From Craspedostauros australis (taxonomy: Eukaryota): a DNA stretch of 20,000 nt. Of the stretch, positions 10,909 through 20,000 are shown one piece after another; the first letter of the stretch is position 1, and every line of letters starts with the position of its first letter. A model generated the notes under the pieces. That model was not told where the DNA came from and did no database searches. It worked only from the letters and a program-made list of their open reading frames with translations. The position numbers and the translations under genes were made by a program. The stretch lies in contig JALAGF010005790.1 in NCBI GenBank assembly GCA_030167865.1, positions 61,951 through 81,950 on the forward strand, read 5' to 3'.

Positions 10909-12426
10909 ATGATAAATATTCGTCCAGACGAAATTAGTAGTATTATACGTGAACAGATTGAACAATTTGATCAAAATGTTAAAGTAGATAATATTGGAAC
11001 TGTTTTACAAGTTGGTGATGGTATTGCTCGAGTTTATGGTCTTGATCAAGCAATGAGTGGTGAACTTTTAGAGTTTGAAGACAAAACAATTGGTATTGCT
11101 TTAAATTTGGAAAATGATAATGTTGGTGTTGTATTGATGGGTACTGGCCGTCAAATTTTAGAGGGTGGTACTGTTAAAGCGACTGGGAAAATTGCTCAAA
11201 TTCCTGTAGGTGATAAATATTTAGGTCGAGTAGTTAATCCGTTGGGTATGCCAATTGATGGTAAAGGTGACATTGAAACCTCAGAAAGTCAATTATTAGA
11301 AGCAATGGCACCTGGAATTATTAGTCGTAAATCGGTTTGTGAACCATTACAAACAGGTATTACATCCGTTGATGCAATGATTCCAATTGGCCGAGGCCAA
11401 CGTGAATTAATTATTGGTGATCGTCAAACAGGTAAAACAGCAATTGCTGTAGATACAATTATTAATCAAAAGACAGAAGACGTAGTTTGCGTTTATGTAG
11501 GTGTTGGCCAAAAAGCTTCAACAATTGCACAAGTAGTTAATGTTCTGGAAGAAAAAGATGCTATGCCTTATACGATTGTTGTTTCGGCAAGTGCAAATGA
11601 TCCTGCTACATTACAATATATTGCTCCTTATGCTGGTGCAGCGTTAGCTGAGTATTTCATGTATAAAGGCAAAGCAACATTAGTAATTTATGATGATTTA
11701 ACGAAGCAAGCCATGGCTTATCGTCAAATGTCGTTATTATTACGTCGCCCTCCTGGTCGTGAAGCTTATCCTGGTGATGTATTTTATTTACATTCGCGTT
11801 TATTAGAACGAGCTGCAAAATTAAGTGATACGTTAGGTGGCGGTAGTATGACTGCACTTCCAATTATTGAAACACAAGCAAGTGATGTTTCAGCGTATAT
11901 TCCCACGAATGTAATTTCAATTACTGATGGACAAATTTTCTTATCAAATGATTTATTTAATTCAGGAATTCGTCCAGCGATTAATGTCGGTATTTCAGTT
12001 TCACGAGTAGGTTCTGCAGCTCAAACAAAAGCAATGAAAAAAGTTGCTGGTAAATTAAAATTAGAATTAGCTCAATTCGCTGAATTAGAAGCTTTTTCAC
12101 AATTTGCGTCTGATTTAGATGAAGCTACACAGAAACAATTATCACGAGGTACTCGTTTACGTGAAGTTTTAAAACAACCGCAAAATTCTCCTTTATCAGT
12201 TGCAGAGCAAGTTGCTTTAATTTATACTGGTATTAATGGCTATTTAGATGATTTAGCAGTAATAGATGTTAAAAAATATTGTGCAAATTTAATCACATTT
12301 TTAAACACATCAAATAAACCTTATGTTGAAATTGTTAGTTCAACAAATCAGTTTACGGAAGAAGCTGAAACATCATTGAAAGAAGCAATTTCTGAATCGA
12401 AAGAATTATTTGCAAAAACTACATAA
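10909..12426 (+). CDS. atpA: ATP synthase CF1 alpha subunit
   Basis: [31 protein letters not shown]. Confidence 0.99.
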   Translation: MINIRPDEISSIIREQIEQFDQNVKVDNIGTVLQVGDGIARVYGLDQAMSGELLEFEDKTIGIALNLENDNVGVVLMGTGRQILEGGTVKATGKIAQIPVGDKYLGRVVNPLGMPIDGKGDIETSESQLLEAMAPGIISRKSVCEPLQTGITSVDAMIPIGRGQRELIIGDRQTGKTAIAVDTIINQKTEDVVCVYVGVGQKASTIAQVVNVLEEKDAMPYTIVVSASANDPATLQYIAPYAGAALAEYFMYKGKATLVIYDDLTKQAMAYRQMSLLLRRPPGREAYPGDVFYLHSRLLERAAKLSDTLGGGSMTALPIIETQASDVSAYIPTNVISITDGQIFLSNDLFNSGIRPAINVGISVSRVGSAAQTKAMKKVAGKLKLELAQFAELEAFSQFASDLDEATQKQLSRGTRLREVLKQPQNSPLSVAEQVALIYTGINGYLDDLAVIDVKKYCANLITFLNTSNKPYVEIVSSTNQFTEEAETSLKEAISESKELFAKTT

Positions 12427-12432
12427 TTTCTT

Positions 12433-12468
12433 TAAATAATTATAATTGAATTCAATTATAATTATTTA
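12433..12468. terminator. 36-bp perfect palindrome between convergent atpA and ycf45
   Basis: taaataattataattgaa|ttcaattataattattta. Confidence 0.85.
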
Positions 12469-12499
12469 CAGAAAATCAATATTTTATCAAAAACTATAT

Positions 12500-13873
12500 T
12501 TAATACTTATTTAGAAAAAAAAAGAATTTCGTAAGTTGATAGGCGTTTAATTTATTTAAGCTATAAATGGGAACATTTTGTTGAGTTGCTAATTTTTTTA
12601 ATTTTAGATTCTGTTTTAAGTGTTTTTTAATTCCGATTATAATAGTTGCATTTTTAATAGTCTTTGTAAAACTAAATTCTAGTCCTAATTTGACTAAAAT
12701 TTCTTTTAATAAATTATTGGATAAAGAATAAGGATAAATAAGTAATTTTTGTTTTATAATTTCAGTTTTTTTAGTTTTAGTATCCTGTTGAGAATTGAGA
12801 ATTAGCCAATTTTTATCATCTATAGTTTCTTGTCCTGACAATTTTTGCGAGCTTTGAAAAAAAAAGTTTGGTGATAAGTAAAAGCGTTTACATTTAATTT
12901 GAATTATTTCATTTAATTTAATATGACGAATTTCTTGAATAGGGATAATATTTAATAATAAAAAATCTACATGATTTTTTATATCTTCATGAATGATCCA
13001 ATTGGTTCGATCACCTAATTCAATCATTGTTTCAAAAGTTGGGTATGATTTTCTTTCCAAAATACTTTTTTGGGTTCCTCGACGTCTTGCTTCCTCATCA
13101 CTTAATGTAACATATTGAATTCCACCAATTAAATTAACAAGTGATGGATTTTTTATTAAATTTTCTAAACAGTTACCATGTGTTGTTCCAATTAACTGTA
13201 TACCTTTTTCTGCAATTGTTTGGGCTGCTAAAACTTCTAATTCTGTTCCCATTTCATCAATAATAATTACTTGAGGCATATGATTTTCAATTGCTTCAAT
13301 CATTATCTGATGTTGTAATTTAGTTTGAGCAACTTGCATTCTACGTGCTCGACCAATACCGAGATGAGGAATATCACTATCACCAGCAATTTCATTAGAT
13401 GTATCAATTACGATAACACGTTTCTGCATTTCATCAGCTAAAACTCTTGCAATTTCTCTGATAATAGTTGTTTTACCAACACCAGGTTGCCCAAGAATTA
13501 AAATAGATTTCTGTTCTTCGAGTATATCCCTAATAATAGATGTGGTTCCAAAGACACTTCGACCTATACGGCAGGTTAAACCACTAATTAAAAATTGCCG
13601 GTTTCTAATACAACTAATGCGATGTAATGTTCTATCAATCCCAGCTCGATTAGCATTAGTAAACTTACTAATTCGACAAGTCAAATATTCAAGATCTTGC
13701 CAAGAGACAATTTTTTGTGCTAAATATTCAGGACCATAGCTAAATCTCGCTTCAGGTTTTTTTCCTAAATCAAGAATAATTTCAAGGAGTTTATCTTGAG
13801 ATGGATGTTGAGATATTTGGTTCTGTATATAAACAGGTAAGTTTAGTATTAATTTAGCTAGATCATTTTTCAT
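12500..13873 (-). CDS. ycf45: Ycf45, SpoIIIAA-like P-loop ATPase
   Basis: [20 protein letters not shown], Walker [32 protein letters not shown]. Confidence 0.95.
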   Translation of the reverse strand: MKNDLAKLILNLPVYIQNQISQHPSQDKLLEIILDLGKKPEARFSYGPEYLAQKIVSWQDLEYLTCRISKFTNANRAGIDRTLHRISCIRNRQFLISGLTCRIGRSVFGTTSIIRDILEEQKSILILGQPGVGKTTIIREIARVLADEMQKRVIVIDTSNEIAGDSDIPHLGIGRARRMQVAQTKLQHQIMIEAIENHMPQVIIIDEMGTELEVLAAQTIAEKGIQLIGTTHGNCLENLIKNPSLVNLIGGIQYVTLSDEEARRRGTQKSILERKSYPTFETMIELGDRTNWIIHEDIKNHVDFLLLNIIPIQEIRHIKLNEIIQIKCKRFYLSPNFFFQSSQKLSGQETIDDKNWLILNSQQDTKTKKTEIIKQKLLIYPYSLSNNLLKEILVKLGLEFSFTKTIKNATIIIGIKKHLKQNLKLKKLATQQNVPIYSLNKLNAYQLTKFFFFLNKY

Positions 13874-13898
13874 AGTTATGATGATTAATTATGATTAT

Positions 13899-13933
13899 AA
13901 AAATCTAATGAAAAAAATTTTCATTAGATTTTT
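13899..13933. terminator. stem-loop after rpl20
   Basis: aaaaatctaatgaaaa / ttttcattagattttt, 16-bp arms and a 3-nt loop, adjacent to the rpl20 stop. Confidence 0.7.
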
Positions 13934-13935
13934 TT

Positions 13936-14280
13936 CTATTTTTGTCTTGCACTTAAAACTTTAAACGTAGGTGCATCTAAAACTACGAGTTGAGACAACA
14001 TTTTTCTATTTAGATCAATTTTTGCAATTTTAAATTGATGAATAAGCTTACTATAAGAAGTTCCATTTAATCTTGCTGCTGCGTTAATACGGCTAATCCA
14101 AAGTCTACGAAATATCCGTTTTTTTTGTTTTCGACCTATATAAGAATAACGCAATGCCTTCATTACTTGTTGATTTGCTACTCTAAATAGGACTGAATGC
14201 GCTCCTTTATATCCACTAGCAAAGGCTAAGATTTTTTTACGACGTTTCCGCGCTACATTTCCACGTTTAACTCTAACCAT
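13936..14280 (-). CDS. rpl20: 50S ribosomal protein L20
   Basis: [30 protein letters not shown]. Confidence 0.98.
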   Translation of the reverse strand: MVRVKRGNVARKRRKKILAFASGYKGAHSVLFRVANQQVMKALRYSYIGRKQKKRIFRRLWISRINAAARLNGTSYSKLIHQFKIAKIDLNRKMLSQLVVLDAPTFKVLSARQK

Positions 14281-14308
14281 AATAATTTATTTCTTTAAAT
14301 TTAGTGTA

Positions 14309-14503
14309 TTAATAAGGTAACATTAATTTTATTGATCTAATATCACTTTTTTTAACACAAATATTTTGTGATAATTTACGTTTTTGTTTATTAGATTTTT
14401 TCATTAAAAGATGACCTTTAAAAGCATGGCGTCGTAAAAATTTACCACTCCCAGTAATTTTATATCTTTTTATTGCTGCTTTTTTAGTTTTTAATTTTGG
14501 CAT
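14309..14503 (-). CDS. rpl35: 50S ribosomal protein L35
   Basis: MPKLKTKKAAIKRYKITGSGK, HLLMKKS. Confidence 0.98.
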   Translation of the reverse strand: MPKLKTKKAAIKRYKITGSGKFLRRHAFKGHLLMKKSNKQKRKLSQNICVKKSDIRSIKLMLPY

Positions 14504-14509
14504 AGTTTC

Positions 14510-15127
14510 TTAATTTTTAGGTTTAAAATGTATATTTTGAAAGTAAACTTTTGTTTTTATTGGATGAGAATAAACAATTGGATTTCCGACTTTCCAATCT
14601 ACGGGACAGCCATGACCTGGATTTTCTTTTACATATTGAATTGATTTCAAAATACGAAGTAATTCATTAATGCTTCTACCGCATAGTAAGTTATTAACGG
14701 TATAATATTGAATTATTCCTTCTTTGTCAATAATGAATAGACCAGGCAAGGGAAATCCTTCCATTGTCAATAATCCATATTTAGTGCTAATTGTTTGATT
14801 TAAATCTGAAATTAGTGGATATTTTAATCCATTTAATTTGTTATCTGTTGATTTTGGATTTGATACTAAAAATTGAAAATGTGAAAATGGACTATCAATC
14901 GAAATAGCTAATATTTGGGTAGATAATTTGCGAAACTCTGATATTCGTTTATTTAATTGATTTAATTCTGTTGTTGCAATCGCTGTAAAATTAGCAGGAT
15001 AAAATAAAAGAATTACATATTTTTTACCTTGGTAATCAGATAAACGAATTTTTCCTAGACGATTCTTATACACACCAAGTGTCAAAAAATTGGGAGCAAG
15101 TTTCCCAATTTGTAATGAAGGTATCAT
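14510..15127 (-). CDS. ycf42: Ycf42/Bas1, AhpC/2-Cys peroxiredoxin-like protein
   Basis: LSDYQGKKYVILLFYPANFT, ISIDSPFSH, GLFIIDKEGIIQY, GRSINELLRIL, CPVDWKVG. Confidence 0.93.
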   Translation of the reverse strand: MIPSLQIGKLAPNFLTLGVYKNRLGKIRLSDYQGKKYVILLFYPANFTAIATTELNQLNKRISEFRKLSTQILAISIDSPFSHFQFLVSNPKSTDNKLNGLKYPLISDLNQTISTKYGLLTMEGFPLPGLFIIDKEGIIQYYTVNNLLCGRSINELLRILKSIQYVKENPGHGCPVDWKVGNPIVYSHPIKTKVYFQNIHFKPKN

Positions 15128-15233
15128 TTGTTTAATTATTTTTTCTTTAATTTTTAATTAAAAAATAGTACTTTAATAAATGTTTAGAGCAATAAAAAGA
15201 AGATTATTACTCTAAAATAATCTAAAAATTATT

Positions 15234-15428
15234 TTATTTTGTTGTTGTAATCTCTAAAAGTTCATCAAGTGCAAAATTATTTGTATTTGTCCCACTATAA
15301 TTAACTTTTTCAAATCTCACCACAACAGGATAACGAATGCCACTTTGATCAACTGTTGCTACTGTTCCTATTTCATTAAACCAATATGACTCTTTTCGAA
15401 AAACTCGGACTTGTGAACCACGTTTCAT
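15234..15428 (-). CDS. psaE: photosystem I subunit IV
   Basis: [28 protein letters not shown] 15428 preferred over TTG 15434. Confidence 0.97.
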   Translation of the reverse strand: MKRGSQVRVFRKESYWFNEIGTVATVDQSGIRYPVVVRFEKVNYSGTNTNNFALDELLEITTTK

Positions 15429-15589
15429 AACCAATAATCTCTCTCTAAATGATATATATTTTTAGTTTCTAATATGAATTTTAATTTAGTTAACTCTATT
15501 TTAACAATAAAAGTTTTATAGTCGTTGGTTTCAAAATAAATAATATGTTACTATTTATAGTTTAAAAAATATTTTAAATTAAACATAGA

Positions 15590-17461
15590 ATGAATAGTAA
15601 TACAGTTCAAAAAATCCTTATCGGATTATTTATAACCGTTTGTATCTTTATTGGTCTTAAAACATTTAATGTGGCTGGTCTAGTAAGTTCCACAGCGCAA
15701 GCTGACACTCAAAGTACTGTGACAAGTTCAAGAATGACGTATGGTCGTTTCTTAGAATATTTAGATATGGGCTGGGTTAAGCAAGTTGATTTATATGATA
15801 ATAGTCGAAACGCTATTGTTCAAGCATCAAGCCCTGAATTAGGGAATCGTCCTCAATCTATTAGAGTAGAAATTCCAATAGGAACTTCGCAATTAGTTCA
15901 AAAATTAAAAGAGTATAATATTGATTTTGATGCACACCCTTTACCGCAAAAAAGTATATTAATTACTATTGCTAGTAATTTAATTTTACCAGCTATTTTT
16001 ATTGCTGGATTGATTTTCTTCTTTCAAAATTCCGATAATTTTTCTCAAAATTCTGGTTCCTCTCCAATGAGTTTAGGGAAATCACCTGCTCGTTTTGATC
16101 AACGTCCAGATACAGGAATCTCTTTTGATGATATTGCTGGAATTGATGAAGCCAAAGCTGAATTTGAAGAAATTGTTTCTTTTCTAAAAGAACCAGAACG
16201 TTACACACTTGTTGGAGCTAAAATTCCTAAAGGAGTTTTATTAGTAGGCCCTCCTGGTACAGGTAAAACGTTATTAGCAAAAGCAATCGCCAATGAAGCG
16301 AATGTACCATTTTATAGTGTTGCGGGTTCCGAATTTGTGGAAATGTTTATTGGTGTTGGTGCTGCTCGAATTCGTGACTTATTCAAAAAAGCTTCCGAAA
16401 ATACTCCTTGTATTGTATTCATTGATGAAATTGATGCTGTTGGACGTGAGCGTGGAGCTGGTATTGGAGGTGGTAATGACGAGCGTGAACAGACTTTAAA
16501 TCAATTATTAACTGAAATGGATGGTTTTAAAGAAAATAAAGGTGTTATTGTCGTTGGGGCTACTAATCGTGTAGATATCCTAGATTCTGCTTTATTACGT
16601 CCTGGACGTTTTGACCGCCAAATCACTGTTGGGTTACCTGACCGATTAGGTCGAATAGGTATTTTGAAAGTACATGCTAGAAATAAACCGTTTGCTGAAG
16701 ATGTGTCATTAGTTCAATTAGCAAATCGAACGCCTGGCTTTTCAGGAGCTGATTTAGCTAATTTGTTAAATGAATCTGCTATTTTAGCTACGCGTTATAA
16801 AAAAATTAAAATCAGTAAAAATGAGGTAAATGAAGCAGTTGATCGAGTAATTAGTGGTATTGCCGGTTCTGCTATGGAAGATACTAAACATAAAAAATTA
16901 ATTGCTTATCATGAAGTTGGACACGCAATTGTCGGTTCATTATTAGAGAATCATGATGATGTAGAAAAAGTGACTTTAATTCCTCGTGGGGGGGCGAAAG
17001 GATTAACTTGGTTTGCTCCTGAAGAAGATCAAATGTTAGTTTCACGATCTCAACTATTAGCTCGAATCATGACAACCTTAGGTGGTAGGGTTGCTGAAAA
17101 AGTTGTATTTGGTGAACCTGAGATTACTACTGGTGCAAGTAATGACTTACAACAAATAACAAATATTGCTCGACAAATGGTTACACGTTATGGAATGTCG
17201 AATATTGGTCCTATTGCATTAGAAGATAATAATAATCAACAACTTTTTTTTGGAAATGATTCAAAAGAAGCAATTGCTGATCGAATTGATGGTGAAGTTT
17301 GTAAAATTGTTAACCATTGCGAAAAAGTTGCTACAAAAATTATTTTAGATAACCGTGTTGTTATAGATTTAATAGTTGAAAAATTATTGGATGCGGAAAC
17401 TCTAAGTGGTGAGGAATTTCGGAATTTATTACAGAAATATACTCGTCTTACTCACGAATAA
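15590..17461 (+). CDS. ftsH: ATP-dependent zinc metalloprotease FtsH
   Basis: [31 protein letters not shown] zinc motif. Confidence 0.99.
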   Translation: MNSNTVQKILIGLFITVCIFIGLKTFNVAGLVSSTAQADTQSTVTSSRMTYGRFLEYLDMGWVKQVDLYDNSRNAIVQASSPELGNRPQSIRVEIPIGTSQLVQKLKEYNIDFDAHPLPQKSILITIASNLILPAIFIAGLIFFFQNSDNFSQNSGSSPMSLGKSPARFDQRPDTGISFDDIAGIDEAKAEFEEIVSFLKEPERYTLVGAKIPKGVLLVGPPGTGKTLLAKAIANEANVPFYSVAGSEFVEMFIGVGAARIRDLFKKASENTPCIVFIDEIDAVGRERGAGIGGGNDEREQTLNQLLTEMDGFKENKGVIVVGATNRVDILDSALLRPGRFDRQITVGLPDRLGRIGILKVHARNKPFAEDVSLVQLANRTPGFSGADLANLLNESAILATRYKKIKISKNEVNEAVDRVISGIAGSAMEDTKHKKLIAYHEVGHAIVGSLLENHDDVEKVTLIPRGGAKGLTWFAPEEDQMLVSRSQLLARIMTTLGGRVAEKVVFGEPEITTGASNDLQQITNIARQMVTRYGMSNIGPIALEDNNNQQLFFGNDSKEAIADRIDGEVCKIVNHCEKVATKIILDNRVVIDLIVEKLLDAETLSGEEFRNLLQKYTRLTHE

Positions 17462-17469
17462 AATACAGA

Positions 17470-17994
17470 TTGAGCAATACTGTTAGTAAAACTTTTCTTG
17501 ATATATTTACTTTTCGTGACCGTCCTTCATAGTTTCACAAATTAGAGAATGACTAAGAATTTATTGAAACGATTTTTGTATATTAATCTTATACAATTGG
17601 TGATCTTTTATATTACTGTGAACAAACGTGGCCTTATAGAAATTTAAAACCCTGGTTTCCTGATCCTTTTTTACCAGAACCTGAACCTAAAACACGGGTC
17701 AGACAAATTTTAAGAACTATAAATAGAGTCCAATTTATTAATAGAATTACAACTTTTGTACGTACTCTTTTTAAACGTAGTCCAAATCCTCTACGAAAAT
17801 ATATTATACAAGGTCGTAGGCGATGGATAAAAATCGAAGAAGAGGGTATTCATCCTAGTGAGGAAATTTTAGATGAAAAATTGGTTAATTGGGAATTGTG
17901 GACAGAACAAGATTGGATTGATTGGTATGGATTAAAGTGGCAAATTTATCATGACAACTATAAGATAAAAATTAAAAATAACAATTCGAATTAA
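17470..17994 (+). pseudogene. orphan reading frame after ftsH (135 stop-free codons, 17587-17991; 5' part interrupted)
   Basis: Frame +1 reads SYTIGDLLYYCEQTWPYRNLKPWFPDPFLPEPEPK...WELWTEQDWIDWYGLKWQIYHDNYKIKIKNNNSN* with no ATG. Upstream TTG 17470 is followed by in-frame stops at 17530, 17554 and 17584. Confidence 0.5.
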
Positions 17995-18068
17995 AACTTG
18001 TGTAATTAATAAAAATTTAGTAAGATAACAAACTAGATAACTTATTAATTACATTAAGTTATATAATT

Positions 18069-18142
18069 CGGGATATAGCTCAGCTTGGTAGAGCACCTGC
18101 TTTGGGAGCAGGGGGTCGTAGGTTCAAATCCTACTATCCCGA
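18069..18142 (+). tRNA. trnP: tRNA-Pro (UGG)
   Basis: Acceptor cgggata/tatcccg, D arm gctc-agcttggta-gagc, anticodon arm cctgc-ttTGGga-gcagg, T arm gtagg-ttcaaat-cctac. Confidence 0.98.
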
Positions 18143-18341
18143 TTTATACTGAAAACTTTTATTAAAATTTCTTAAGAAATAATGTTAACTTCAATAATAA
18201 AGTAATTAAGGTTTTTATCTTTTCTTGTGTTGAGTTAATAGATATAATTTTATCTTATTTCGTTTACATACTATTATCTCACATTATTTTTCTTATTTCA
18301 TTAAATTATAATAGTAACGTAATATTAACTTAAACATTCTA

Positions 18342-19334
18342 ATGAGTTTAGACGAAAAGTTTACTCCATTCCGAACTACCATTTATGATATGGTAGATAA
18401 TTTTTTTAAACTAATCGCAGGATTTTTTGGTTATCCACAAAATCCTGGGATGGCAACTATTTATGATATGCCGAATGAACTTTATGTTCGAGAACAATTT
18501 CGTATTAGTCTTCCAAAGCATGAAACATTTTTTCCTCCACTTCAAGAACCTCAATCATGGTTTGAATTAATATTTGGAGCTGCTCCTAAAATTGATACTG
18601 TTGTAAGATATATATATGAGAGTAAAGAAGAAGGATTTTATAATTTTTACATAGAAAATTATAATAATATTTATTTTCTACCTGATTGGCTTTCAGAATT
18701 TTTGCAAATTCAATTAAATCAATCTTTAGATATAAGTCTTTTAGAAACCATTCGTGAAGTTTTTTTTATAGGCATACTAATTTATTATCAAATTGTAATT
18801 CTTCGAATTAGCCTTTCTTGGCTAATTTATATTAATCCTTATACTGTTCCATGGTGCTATCTTGCAGCTGCAGTAGATTGGACTGAAGAAGTTCTTACAG
18901 GTCTAGTACCATCAATTGTTGGAGTAAATATTACGGGAACAGTCTTTTTAGGTTTCCTTGGTGCAGTAGGTGATGGTTTAAATCATCTTGTTTTTACTAT
19001 GCCCTTCCTTCCACGTGAAGGAGAAACTAGTAAACTCTTAATTGATGGTCAAATGAAAGATGTAATTGTTTTTCATTATTTACCAATGTTATGGTATAAA
19101 TATCAAATTCCAGATGAAATTAGAGAATTCTGGTATAACCAAAGACCAGAAATATTAGAGTATATGCTTAGAGCTTATAAAGATTTGGATATTCAGTTAT
19201 TACCAAATCAAATTATTGAAGAAGTTATTCAACAGAATGACTTAGTTACTCAAAATAGTACAATTAATGATTATTTATCAACAGAAATTCTTGCAAATTT
19301 ATTTGATTCAGATAATTTGATTAATTTCTTATAA
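18342..19334 (+). CDS. ycf89: conserved diatom plastid protein Ycf89
   Basis: GFFGYPQNPGM, YFLPDWLSEFLQI, INPYTVPW, LNHLVFTMPFLP, FHYLPMLWYKY; typical position between trnP and the 16S rRNA. Confidence 0.9.
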   Translation: MSLDEKFTPFRTTIYDMVDNFFKLIAGFFGYPQNPGMATIYDMPNELYVREQFRISLPKHETFFPPLQEPQSWFELIFGAAPKIDTVVRYIYESKEEGFYNFYIENYNNIYFLPDWLSEFLQIQLNQSLDISLLETIREVFFIGILIYYQIVILRISLSWLIYINPYTVPWCYLAAAVDWTEEVLTGLVPSIVGVNITGTVFLGFLGAVGDGLNHLVFTMPFLPREGETSKLLIDGQMKDVIVFHYLPMLWYKYQIPDEIREFWYNQRPEILEYMLRAYKDLDIQLLPNQIIEEVIQQNDLVTQNSTINDYLSTEILANLFDSDNLINFL

Positions 19335-19377
19335 ATAAAAGTACTATTAAATTTAGTAATGAAAAAAGTTTAACTCT

Positions 19378-19407
19378 TTGCAAGATAAGTTTATTCTTAT
19401 CTTGCAA
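19378..19407. terminator. stem-loop after ycf89
   Basis: ttgcaagataag / cttatcttgcaa, 12-bp perfect arms, 6-nt loop. Confidence 0.65.
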
Positions 19408-19601
19408 CAAAATTTTTAATCTTTTTAACTTTCCAAATCCTTAAACTTTTAATTACTGTCAAAATAATCTTAAATATTTTTTTAAGTATAGCAAATTAAT
19501 AATAATATAAAGCATTATTCTACATTTCATTTAGTAATCTATTATTTAACTTTATAAATAAACTTTATTACAAAGTTAATTTCAAAATAAATTTATGGAA
19601 A

Positions 19602-19607
19602 TTTAAA

Positions 19608-19643
<36 letters not shown>

Positions 19644-19905
19644 TATGCTTTACACATGCAAGTCGTACGAGAGTTTTTAACTCAAGTGGCGGACGGGTGA
19701 GTAACACGTAAGAATTTACCTTTAGGAGGGGGACAACAATTGGAAACGGTTGCTAATACCCCATATGCTTTCGAGTGAAATGAAATTTTTCGCCTAAAGA
19801 GAAGCTTGCGGCTGATTAGCTTGTTGGTAAGGTAATGGCTTACCAAGGCGACGATCAGTATCTGGTTTGAGAGGACGATCAGACACACTGGAACTGAGAC
19901 ACGGT

Positions 19906-19937
<32 letters not shown>

Positions 19938-20000
19938 TTTCCGCAATGGGCGAAAGCCTGACGGAGCAATACCGCGTGAGGGATGACGGCCTATGGGTTG
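19602..20000 (+). rRNA. rns: plastid 16S rRNA, 5' part (start approximate)
   Basis: AGAGTTTGATCCTGGCTCAG at 19609, ACACATGCAAGTCG, ACTCCTACGGGAGGCAGCAG. Confidence 0.99.

Noticed and set aside
19682..19969. 95-aa minus-strand ORF
   Set aside because: Antisense to the 16S rRNA; a common spurious call.

Overview
AT-rich plastid (chloroplast) genome segment of a red-lineage alga, almost certainly a diatom (rbcL-rbcS operon, sufB-sufC-atpI/H/G/F/D/A cluster, ycf45, ycf42, ycf89 before the 16S rRNA). Core order: petD (3' part) > [~3.1 kb non-core insert] < rbcS < rbcL | sufB > sufC > atpI > atpH > atpG > atpF > atpD > atpA > < ycf45 < rpl20 < rpl35 < ycf42 < psaE | ftsH > [orphan frame] > trnP(UGG) > ycf89 > 16S rRNA (5' part). 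The main find is the petD-rbcS insert. It looks like a ~2.5 kb circular rolling-circle replicon that was opened inside its own rep gene. A frameshifted N-terminal half with Rep_trans-type motifs lies at the right end (2863-3548) and a probable C-terminal half lies at the left end (~1058-1771). Between them are a near-consensus sigma70-type promoter, an unannotated 33-aa hydrophobic ORF and a coupled membrane-protein ORF. A 70-bp perfect hairpin marks the left junction. Other points: a 135-codon start-less open frame after ftsH, and a Ycf42 peroxiredoxin lacking its peroxidatic Cys. All family assignments come from reading motifs and from recall, not database searches.
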